NCBI GenBank assembly: GCA_016198415.1
Contig: JACQIO010000013.1
Coordinates: forward strand, 1 to 58,764
DNA: 58,764 nucleotides
Direction: 5' to 3'
Source of the DNA: Candidatus Berkelbacteria bacterium
Lineage (GTDB): Bacteria; Patescibacteriota; UBA1384; JACPKC01
Each line of letters begins with the position of its first letter. Within the stretch, counting starts at the first letter, position 1. Of this stretch, positions 8,341 through 15,539 are shown piece by piece. The notes beneath the pieces were generated by a model, which was not told the DNA's origin, did not search any database, and was given only the letters and a program-made list of their open reading frames with translations. Both the position numbers and the translations under genes were made by a program.

Positions 8341-8658
8341 TTAGGACTTGGGTTGCTCGTCAGGTTCCTGAAAGACCTTCTTGAAGTTGCCATCGAAGGC
8401 CTTGAGCGCGTTGTGGAGATCGAGAACGTTGTCAGCGGTCAGACGATCATCCGTCATGGCGCGCAAGCGGTTCTTGGTGACGATGTAGAGGACCAGGGCC
8501 GGACTGTGACCGCGCTGGCAGCTCGCCTGGACGAGGTACTGCTTCTCCAGCGCTCCCCGCAGGCGCAGCTCGCTGGGCTCAAACTCCCGTCCACAGGCTG
8601 GGCAGGCCAGGTCGTGGTAGGCCGCGTGGAGGACATCGTCCATGGATACATCACCCAT
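8341..8658 (-). CDS. Hypothetical small protein with a possible zinc ribbon, co-oriented downstream of rplY
   Basis: 105 aa; CPAC ... CQRGH spacing suggests a Zn-binding knuckle. AGGAGG lies 5 nt upstream of ATG 8658. Confidence 0.55.
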   Translation of the reverse strand: MGDVSMDDVLHAAYHDLACPACGREFEPSELRLRGALEKQYLVQASCQRGHSPALVLYIVTKNRLRAMTDDRLTADNVLDLHNALKAFDGNFKKVFQEPDEQPKS

Positions 8659-8764
8659 TCCCGCCTCCTGGTTTCCCGTTGCTACGTGCCACGGTTGACG
8701 GGCGCATCGTACCTGGTGGCGCCTGGAGTGTCAACGCTCCGCACGCGCCCCAGTTTCCACGATC

Positions 8765-8793
8765 CCTGTCTGACGATCCCGTCGTCAGACAGG
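8765..8793. other. Perfect 12-bp hairpin in a divergent intergenic region
   Basis: CCTGTCTGACGA-TCCCG-TCGTCAGACAGG. Confidence 0.4.
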
Positions 8794-8815
8794 AGAGAAC
8801 ATCAGAGACGACTGC

Positions 8816-8843
8816 TTGAATCCTCCCGAGGATGAGGTAGAAT
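8816..8843 (+). promoter_or_regulatory. Candidate sigma70-type promoter for the 8915..9778 gene
   Basis: TTGAAT (8816-8821), 16 nt spacer, TAGAAT (8838-8843). Confidence 0.4.
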
Positions 8844-8914
8844 CGCAACCGCCGTCTTCGCTTTGTTCGCAAGTCGAAGGAAGTGACAGACGAGTACCTT
8901 TCCTGGAGGGAATC

Positions 8915-9778
8915 ATGAACGATACGACCGAGGCCACGAGTGATCAGGAAGAGCGGGTCGGAGACGGGGAGCGGCTGTGTCAATCGGTACCCGATTCGGA
9001 CGATCGGCTCTACAACGCCCGGCTGACGGCAACCAATCTCCTCGAGGGGCTGGGGGACCCCAAGCTCGTGCAGGCGATCGAGCGTGTCCTCACGGGAACC
9101 ACCGACGAACCGACGGTTCGGGGTCGCGCTGCCGAACAGGTCCTGAGTGGGCAGACCACCCAGCGGAGGAAGGTCACGGTCCTCGCGATCTTCATGGGCC
9201 TGACGCGTTGTCGGGAGGTACCGGAGCCGAGCGAGCTGTCCGAGAAACCACTCCCTCGGGAGGTGATGAGAAAGCACCTGTCGGATTGTCAGCCGCTCGA
9301 GCGGCTCCTCCACGAGTGCGTACTCAACCACGTACCCCTCGTAGACGCTGCGAGGCAGGCTCTCGCACTCTTTGAGGCGACGCTGAGTCGGAACGGGCGG
9401 ATCGTGATGATGGCCGAACTCCTCTACGGCGATTGTGCGCCGTATGTGGTAGGGGTTGGGCCGGACTGCTCGGACGAGTGCTGGCAGGAGTTCCAGAATC
9501 GTCACTGGCTTCAAGTTCGTGAGGCGCAGATCGGCATGGCTGTCCTGCCGAGCCACTACGACCGGGCACGGTACGTTTTCCACCTCATGGACCAGATGGG
9601 GTTTGAGGGAGACGACCGCGTCATGTTCCTCGCTCAGCTCTTTGCCCAGATGTCGAGTTGCGGTGAGACACTGCCGGCGCTCTCCGATCTGCAGGAACAG
9701 ATCTCGCAGCTCCGCGCCAGCATGGAGCACCAGCAGCAGCGCCTGGCAGGCACGGTCATCACCGGCATCCGGCACTAG
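8915..9778 (+). CDS. Hypothetical protein A (unknown family, opposite strand to the surrounding block)
   Basis: ORF 8816..9778. ATG 8915 preceded by GGAGGG. Balanced amino-acid composition, unlike the antisense 385-aa Arg/Pro-rich ORF. Followed by a hairpin. Confidence 0.6.
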   Translation: MNDTTEATSDQEERVGDGERLCQSVPDSDDRLYNARLTATNLLEGLGDPKLVQAIERVLTGTTDEPTVRGRAAEQVLSGQTTQRRKVTVLAIFMGLTRCREVPEPSELSEKPLPREVMRKHLSDCQPLERLLHECVLNHVPLVDAARQALALFEATLSRNGRIVMMAELLYGDCAPYVVGVGPDCSDECWQEFQNRHWLQVREAQIGMAVLPSHYDRARYVFHLMDQMGFEGDDRVMFLAQLFAQMSSCGETLPALSDLQEQISQLRASMEHQQQRLAGTVITGIRH

Positions 9779-9800
9779 GTGTTGCTGAGGGCACCTCACG

Positions 9801-9825
9801 CAGGGCACCCGAACCGGGTGCCCTG
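9801..9825. terminator. Hairpin shared by gene A (+) and the trmD remnant (-)
   Basis: CAGGGCACCC-GAAC-CGGGTGCCCTG. No T-tract. Confidence 0.5.
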
Positions 9826-9827
9826 CT

Positions 9828-10045
9828 CTACGTTCCCCGACGATCTTTGGATCGCTTCACTGCCTGTTCCGCGCGCCAGGCGGCGATCCTGGCGTGGTCG
9901 CCGGACTTGAGGATTTCGGGGACGGAGAGGTTGCGGAGATCTTTGCTGACCGGCCGATGGGCGTCCGGTCGCAGCAGTGGGGGTACTCAAGCAACTGAGC
10001 TGACCGGTTCTGCTCCGACTTCTCAACCTCTTCTGAGGAGCCTCG
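9828..10045 (-). pseudogene. Frameshifted 3' fragment of a second trmD copy
   Basis: Minus-strand translation ..LLEYPHC / frame slip near 9975 / RPDAHRPVSKDLRNLSVPEILKSGDHARIAAWRAEQAVKRSKDRRGT* aligns colinearly with the intact TrmD C-terminus TLEYPHYTRPDSYTPISQQLGELTVPDILKSGDHQKIAAWRLNEARKRT. Identical 14-nt run TGGTCGCCGGACTT. 5' limit approximate. Confidence 0.78.
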
Positions 10046-10090
10046 CCGACACTCGTCACTTTCGAGGTGATCCCGCCGGACTCTTATTGA

Positions 10091-10107
10091 CTTCTTCTTC
10101 TTCTTCT
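10091..10107. repeat. (CTT)5 microsatellite
   Basis: cttcttcttcttcttct in non-coding DNA, between the trmD remnant and gene B. Confidence 0.9.
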
Positions 10108-10204
10108 GGCACACTCCGCGCAGCCAATCGGCTCTTTTTTGCTTGGAAACGTTACGTCCAAGTAAGGAACCGGCCGAGACGCACATCACAACTGAGGGAG
10201 GAAC

Positions 10205-10957
10205 GTGCCAATGACGCACGCCACGGCAACGGAAGAGCGGACCACGCCGCGCTACAACGTCCGGAAGGAGGCCGAGGAGCTCTGCGCGCCGCTCGAACCC
10301 GAGCTGCGCGCCGCAGCCGACCGTATCATGCAGGAGCACTTCGAGAAGTACAGTCAGCAGGTCGAGCTGCTGCTCGAGCTCCTGGACCTGAACCCCGGCT
10401 CCGCCAAGATGCTCCTGGGTCACGTCTTCGCGACCTACTGCCTGAACGACGGTCGCGCCGACACCGGCCTCGAGGCCCAGGGCCTCAGCACGGCGCAGTT
10501 CAACTACTGGCGCGAGGAGATCTCCGGCGAGCTGGACTTCTTCAAGGAGGGTCTGAGCCACAAGCCCTGCTTGGAGGCGGTGGCGACGGTCTGCTGGACC
10601 ACGCTGCAGGAGATCCCCGAGCCGCGCGCCCGCATCGTCTGGCTGGTCGAGATGGTCCGGGCCTTCGGCCACTACGTGAGCATCGACATGCCGCCGACCG
10701 ACGTGAAGCGCCTGGAGGCCTTCATCGAGGAGCGCAGCGACCTGGTCGCCGAGCTCTACGCGGCCGGCCAGCAGAACATCCGGGGGCACCGGATGGTGGC
10801 CTTCGCCAACCGCCTGGCCAGCGAAGCCGGTCTGGGCGAGGAGGAGACTAACAACCTGATGGACATGGCCTGCGTCATGGGATCGCCGGCGATGAGCATC
10901 ACCCTGGGCATGATCGAGATCCGGCACGGGGAGTCGGAGGAGGACACGGAGGAGTAG
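10205..10957 (+). CDS. Hypothetical protein B (acidic, helical-looking; extreme GC3)
   Basis: GTG 10205 or ATG 10211, preceded by GGGAGGAA. Almost every codon ends in G/C. Followed by a perfect hairpin. Competing ORFs 9847..10851 and 9857..11005 are Arg/Pro/Gly shadows. Confidence 0.65.
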   Translation: MPMTHATATEERTTPRYNVRKEAEELCAPLEPELRAAADRIMQEHFEKYSQQVELLLELLDLNPGSAKMLLGHVFATYCLNDGRADTGLEAQGLSTAQFNYWREEISGELDFFKEGLSHKPCLEAVATVCWTTLQEIPEPRARIVWLVEMVRAFGHYVSIDMPPTDVKRLEAFIEERSDLVAELYAAGQQNIRGHRMVAFANRLASEAGLGEEETNNLMDMACVMGSPAMSITLGMIEIRHGESEEDTEE

Positions 10958-11008
10958 CCGCGTCGAGGTAGAGGCGGAACGTCGCCTCACCTCACGCCGG
11001 AACACAGA

Positions 11009-11034
11009 GTAGGCGCACCTTCGGGTGCGCCTAC
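11009..11034. terminator. Bidirectional hairpin between gene B (+) and trmD (-)
   Basis: GTAGGCGCACC-TTCG-GGTGCGCCTAC, a perfect 11-bp stem with a TTCG loop. Confidence 0.6.
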
Positions 11035-11041
11035 GGCACGT

Positions 11042-11734
11042 TTAGAGAGGTTTGTGGGTGCGCTTCCGTGCTTCGTTCAATCGCCACGCGGCGATTTTTT
11101 GATGGTCGCCGGACTTCAAGATATCAGGCACCGTCAATTCGCCGAGCTGTTGACTGATCGGCGTGTAGCTGTCGGGACGAGTGTAGTGCGGGTACTCGAG
11201 GGTGATTGATGATTTGGTCGAGAATGATTCATCTTTGAGTGACTCCGGGTTCAATACTCCGGGGAGGAGGCGGGCGACGGCGTCGACGACCACGGCCGCC
11301 GGCAGTTCCCCACCGGTCAGGACGTAGTCGCCGATCGAGAGTTCACGGTCGACGATGGATCGCACCCGCTCATCGAATCCTTCGTAGTGACCGGCAATCA
11401 GGATCAGATCGCGGTCGTCAGTTACCAGTTGTTCAGCCGTCGCTTGCGTGAATTGCTGACCTTGCGGGGTGAGCAGGATAACCTTTGACCTTTGACCTTT
11501 GACCTTTGACTTGAGCTCGGCGAGTGCCCGATCGATCACGTCAACGCGCAGGACCATACCCGGGCCGCCACCATACGGTGTGTCGTCTACGGACTTGTGC
11601 TTATCCGTGGCCCAGTCCCGGAGGTTACAAAGCTCAATCTCGATCACCCCTTGCTCGATGGCACGACCCAGGATTGAACCGTGGAGGAACGGCTCGAGCA
11701 TCTCTGGAAAGAGGGTCAGGATGGCGAACTTCAT
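11042..11734 (-). CDS. trmD: tRNA (guanine37-N1)-methyltransferase
   Basis: FAILTLFPEM, VDDTPYGGGPGMVL, IAGHYEGFDERV, SIGDYVLTGGELPA and LEYPHYTRP. Confidence 0.92.
   Translation of the reverse strand: MKFAILTLFPEMLEPFLHGSILGRAIEQGVIEIELCNLRDWATDKHKSVDDTPYGGGPGMVLRVDVIDRALAELKSKVKGQRSKVILLTPQGQQFTQATAEQLVTDDRDLILIAGHYEGFDERVRSIVDRELSIGDYVLTGGELPAAVVVDAVARLLPGVLNPESLKDESFSTKSSITLEYPHYTRPDSYTPISQQLGELTVPDILKSGDHQKIAAWRLNEARKRTHKPL
11481..11510. repeat. Heptanucleotide tandem repeat (ACCTTTG)x4 inside trmD
   Basis: acctttg repeated four times perfectly (11481-11508) plus a partial unit. Encodes KSKVKGQRSKV on the minus strand. Confidence 0.95.
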
Positions 11735-11826
11735 AACACAGGAGTATACCGTGCTACGACTGATCCAGCAACCGACAGACCCGCCACTCGGCGGGCCTGT
11801 CGCGCTTTCACTGCACTGCGAAGACG

Positions 11827-12300
11827 TTACAAGATCGAGGTGGGGTTTTCGTCCTGCTGCTCGGTGACGTCGTTGATCTGGCTCAGGCCATCGGTCGCTG
11901 GTTCGAGAGCCGGTTGATCGTCGGCTGGGCTGGCGGCAGCGCTCGTGTCGTCGCTGGCGGTTGTGGCAGCGACGACATCATCGCTGACCTGGGCAACTGG
12001 CTGATCGGTGGGCTGATCACTCGCGCTGTCATCGCCTGGCGAGTAGACGCGGCCCCCGGCCGGATCCTCAATCTTGAGGTTGACGCGCGAGTTGTTCCGG
12101 GCGCCGAGGACTCGGAGCAGGGTCCGAATCGACTTGGCGGTCCGGCCCTCCTTGCCAATAATCTTGCCCATATCTTCCGGGTTGACGGAGAGCGTCAGGA
12201 GGACACCCATTTCGTCAACGCGGCGCTCCACCTTAACATCCTCTGGGTGATCGACGAGCTCTTTGACGACCATTTCCACAAACTGCTGATCCTTTTCCAT
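11827..12300 (-). CDS. KH-domain RNA-binding protein (YlqC-like) with long acidic tail
   Basis: MEKDQQFVEMVVKELVDHPEDVKV...MGKIIGKEGRTAKSIRTLL is typical of the KH protein between rpsP and trmD. AAGGAG before ATG 12300. Confidence 0.75.
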   Translation of the reverse strand: MEKDQQFVEMVVKELVDHPEDVKVERRVDEMGVLLTLSVNPEDMGKIIGKEGRTAKSIRTLLRVLGARNNSRVNLKIEDPAGGRVYSPGDDSASDQPTDQPVAQVSDDVVAATTASDDTSAAASPADDQPALEPATDGLSQINDVTEQQDENPTSIL

Positions 12301-12354
12301 AGTGACTCCTTGTGAGTTCTGGGGCGAATGGGAATGATCAGACCACTCCAACGA

Positions 12355-12804
12355 CTATGCCGCTGAGGCTTCCTCAGTAGATGGGGACTGCGCTGCCGCC
12401 TCCTCCTTGGCTGGTTCGCTTGATTCCGACGCGTCGGCTTCCTTTGTCTCCGCCTCGGGCTGGGCAGGCTCAGTTGCCGCCGCAGGCTCAACCGTGGCGT
12501 TCTCGTTCACAGACTCTGATGGGGCCTTCTTACCTGGCCGCTCCGGGAAGGTGTGAACGCTGATCTGCTTGTGGGTGAGGCCCTGCTTGGTGAGGAGTCG
12601 GGCAATTGTCTGAGAGGGTTGAGCGCCCTTGTCGAGCCAGGCCGTCACGTCCTCAAGCTTGAGGACGATTTCTTTGGTCCGGGGATTGTAGTGGCCGAGT
12701 TCGCTGACAAACTTACCCCGAACGGGTGCGGAGTGTTCGGCCACGACCACTCGGTAGTGCGGCTGGTGCTTCTTGCCAGTCCGGCGGAGACGAATCCGTA
12801 ACAT
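12355..12804 (-). CDS. rpsP: 30S ribosomal protein S16 with C-terminal acidic extension
   Basis: MLRIRLRRTGKKHQPHYRVVVAEHSAPVRGKFVSELGHYNP. Confidence 0.92.
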   Translation of the reverse strand: MLRIRLRRTGKKHQPHYRVVVAEHSAPVRGKFVSELGHYNPRTKEIVLKLEDVTAWLDKGAQPSQTIARLLTKQGLTHKQISVHTFPERPGKKAPSESVNENATVEPAAATEPAQPEAETKEADASESSEPAKEEAAAQSPSTEEASAA

Positions 12805-12815
12805 GCGTTCACCTC

Positions 12816-13847
12816 TCAGTTGGGCTGATCATCGTGGAGATCAGGATGGGAGTTGGCCCCGAGTGTAATGGTTGACGGGAGGGCCGTCAAGACGTGGGGG
12901 TAGGCTCGGGCAAAGGTAGCGCCATCGGCGACAGGCTTCCCAGCCCACTGGAGACGGGTGATCGTGTAGGTGCCATCGACGAGCCAGCCGGCCCGCAGCA
13001 GCAGGCGTGTGCCGAACTGGTCGGTGTAGACACCCGGCCAGGGATTGAGGGCGCGGATCTTCCGATCCAGCGTCACGGGGTCGGTCTGCTCCAGGTGGTG
13101 GATCTCGCCATCGGCCTTGGTGAGCTTCTTGGTGTGGGTGCCGACCACGTCCTGCTTGAGGAGGAGGAGTTCGTTCCTCAGGTACCGGACGAGGACGGTG
13201 GTGATGACCCGGCCAGCTAGGTGGGCGAGCGCCTCGGTCAGCTCCGGCGTTGTCTCGGTGCCGGTGAGTGGGAGCGGGGCCAGGGCGATGATTCGGCCGG
13301 TGTCGACGCCCTCGTCCATCTGCATGAATGTGACGCCGGTGGCCTCGATGCCATCGAGAATGGCAGCCTGGACGGGACTGGCGCCTCGGTAGCGGGGTAA
13401 GATTGAGGCGTGGACGTTGACCATCCCATAGGGAGGGATCTCAAGAGCGACCTTGGACAGGATCTGGCCGTACGCCGCGACGATCCCCAACTCTGGCTGA
13501 GCGTCTTGCAGGATCGTTACAAGCTCGGTTCTAGTGGCAGGGGAGGCAATCGGCAGATCGGCGGCCCTGGCCCAGGTCTCGACCGGAGTTGCTCGGACCG
13601 ATCTCCCCCGGCCAGATGGCTTGGGTGGCTCGGTGATGACGAGCGCTGGCCGGAGCCCATCGCGCAGTAGTGCGTCGAAGATGATCTGAGCGAACTTGGC
13701 CGAACCCAGGAAGACCGTCCGGGGAAGTTGGGGAAGCGATCGGGTGGGCTGGGCACGGTCGGTGGCCACCAGGAGCTCGGTTTGGCCGTCCGGGAACCGG
13801 AAGCGGCGCAGGCGCTTGGTGGGGTGATCGTCAGGGACGGCATCCAT
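12816..13847 (-). CDS. fmt: Methionyl-tRNA formyltransferase (about 44-aa N-terminal extension if ATG 13847 is used)
   Basis: VFLGSAKFA, VVTEPPKPSGRG-like VITEPPKPSGRGR, NVHASILPRYRGASPVQAAI. Lies immediately downstream of def. Confidence 0.85.
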   Translation of the reverse strand: MDAVPDDHPTKRLRRFRFPDGQTELLVATDRAQPTRSLPQLPRTVFLGSAKFAQIIFDALLRDGLRPALVITEPPKPSGRGRSVRATPVETWARAADLPIASPATRTELVTILQDAQPELGIVAAYGQILSKVALEIPPYGMVNVHASILPRYRGASPVQAAILDGIEATGVTFMQMDEGVDTGRIIALAPLPLTGTETTPELTEALAHLAGRVITTVLVRYLRNELLLLKQDVVGTHTKKLTKADGEIHHLEQTDPVTLDRKIRALNPWPGVYTDQFGTRLLLRAGWLVDGTYTITRLQWAGKPVADGATFARAYPHVLTALPSTITLGANSHPDLHDDQPN

Positions 13848-13861
13848 ACAGGTCCAATCGA

Positions 13862-14395
13862 TCAGAGACGTGACGAGGACGGTGGTGCTTGCGTCCGGGC
13901 CTGCTCGTACTGGCGCAGGAGCTGCCGGCGGTTCTTGGCGTAATCGAGAATGAGGGTACCAGCGAGGTGATCGAGCTCGTGCTGGAGGGCGCGGGCGTGG
14001 AAGCCGTGCGCGCGGAACTGGATGGTCTGACCCTCGAGCGTCTCGGCCCGGACCTTGACCTTGGTGGCGCGGCTGACCGGCACCTCGATCCCCGGCAGCG
14101 AGAGACAGCCCTCAGCCATGGTGTCTTGCTCGCGACCAGCTGAGATCAGCTTGGGGTTGAGCAGAATCTGGAGCGGGAAGGCATCGGCGCGTTCTTCTGG
14201 CCGAGTGGCGGCGTACTCAAGGACAATCAGACGCAGTGACGACCCTACCTGGGGCGCGGCCAAGCCCACCCCACCGGCGGCTCGCATGCTGGCGACCATC
14301 TCCTGGGCGAGTTCGACCACCTCGGGCGTGACGTGCGGGACGGGCAACGCTGGGCGAGTCAGCGCGTCGTGCGGGTAGGTGAGGATGGGGAGCAT
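13862..14395 (-). CDS. def: Peptide deformylase
   Basis: The three PDF motifs: GVGLAAPQVG, EGCLSLPG and QHELDHL. Confidence 0.92.
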   Translation of the reverse strand: MLPILTYPHDALTRPALPVPHVTPEVVELAQEMVASMRAAGGVGLAAPQVGSSLRLIVLEYAATRPEERADAFPLQILLNPKLISAGREQDTMAEGCLSLPGIEVPVSRATKVKVRAETLEGQTIQFRAHGFHARALQHELDHLAGTLILDYAKNRRQLLRQYEQARTQAPPSSSRL

Positions 14396-14429
14396 GGCCG
14401 GACGAGTATACGGGACGGCGCGATCCCAA

Positions 14430-15518
14430 TCAAGCGGCCGTGAGGCGGCGAGCTAGGGCGTAGAGATCCAGGAGTCGGTCGGTGGTCGAGCTCAGGGAGA
14501 AGCGGTCGGCCTGGCTTCGGGCGGCCTCACCGAGCTCGGCCCGGTGGATGGGATCGTCAATCAGGTGGCACAGGGCTGAGCGGACTGATTCAGCCTCGGC
14601 CGGCACAACAATGCCAGTTTTGGGTGAGAGCTCATCCGCGGCCACCGTCCCCATGAAGGCGAGGGTCGGCAAGCCAGCAGCCTGCGCCTCGCCAAGCGCA
14701 CTGGGATGGGGACTCTCGCTCGCAATCAGGAATGAGGCGGCGGCATAGAGCGCGGCCATGTCGTCATCGCTGACTGCCGAGCGGAATCGGAGCTGGTGGC
14801 CCCACTGCCCAAGGACGGCGGCGCGTCGGAGCAGGGGCTCCACCGGACCTAAGCTGACGCCAAGGATGACTGCGTCCGGGAGTTGGCCGAGGGCGCGCTC
14901 GAGCGCCTGGACCACCTCGCCACCGTAGGCCGGTCCAACCATGAGGGCCACGGTTGCTCGATCGTCAATGGCGAGGTTGCGGCGCATAATACCGGGCTGG
15001 TTGGTGATGGGTCCGAATCGCTGCGGGAAGCAGAGGGGATGAATCGGCGTGGCGACGTGAGGACGAAGGCGCGTGGCGAACTGCTGACTGGGGCTCGTGA
15101 CGAGGTTCGCCCGTCCCGCGTGTTCTAGGAGAGACGAGTCGAGGGTGGGGGCGTGAGGTCCCGCGTGGCGGGGGTGGGTAGAGTAGACGGCTGGCACTTG
15201 ATTGGCGCGCGCTACCCGGTGGGCCCACTGCCCGAGTGGGCCGGGCTGGAAGGTGTGCACAACGTCAGCCCGGGCCACCAGTGGCTCAAGCTGCGTGTGG
15301 GTGGGTAGGCTGAGGAGCCGTCCGGCCGAGCCGGGGAGGGGGATGGCTGGGACTAGATAGGTCCCGGGTGAGGTGGCGAGCTGCACGCCTTGGAGATCGG
15401 GCTGAATGACCGTGACATCGTGCCCGCGGCTCTGGAGGCTGTCTGCCCAGGCAGTGATGGCGCGCGTCGCCTCGCTCTTGCCCAGTGGGGCGTCATCGTT
15501 CACCAGTGTGATCTGCAC
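14430..15518 (-). CDS. Glycosyltransferase (GT4/group 1-like)
   Basis: 362 aa. N-terminal Glyco_trans_4-like region; C-terminal ALGEAQAAGLPTLA resembles the GT1 E-x7-E region. Confidence 0.6.
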   Translation of the reverse strand: MQITLVNDDAPLGKSEATRAITAWADSLQSRGHDVTVIQPDLQGVQLATSPGTYLVPAIPLPGSAGRLLSLPTHTQLEPLVARADVVHTFQPGPLGQWAHRVARANQVPAVYSTHPRHAGPHAPTLDSSLLEHAGRANLVTSPSQQFATRLRPHVATPIHPLCFPQRFGPITNQPGIMRRNLAIDDRATVALMVGPAYGGEVVQALERALGQLPDAVILGVSLGPVEPLLRRAAVLGQWGHQLRFRSAVSDDDMAALYAAASFLIASESPHPSALGEAQAAGLPTLAFMGTVAADELSPKTGIVVPAEAESVRSALCHLIDDPIHRAELGEAARSQADRFSLSSTTDRLLDLYALARRLTAA

Positions 15519-15539
15519 ACTCCTCCTTTCAGGCCAGTC

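Noticed and set aside
10091-10107. (CTT)5 microsatellite as a functional element
   Set aside because: It is short, lies in decayed non-coding DNA beside the trmD relic, and has no associated ORF or structure.
8651-11005. Very long ORFs 8651..9808 (-, 385 aa), 9857..11005 (-, 382 aa) and 9847..10851 (+, 334 aa) covering the A/B region
   Set aside because: Their composition is Arg/Pro/Gly/Ala-rich, typical of out-of-frame or antisense shadows in high-GC DNA. The plus-strand frames 8915..9778 and 10205..10957 have SDs, balanced composition, GC-rich third positions and terminator hairpins. Only the last part of the 382-aa ORF (…LLEYPHC…) is meaningful, as part of the trmD relic.
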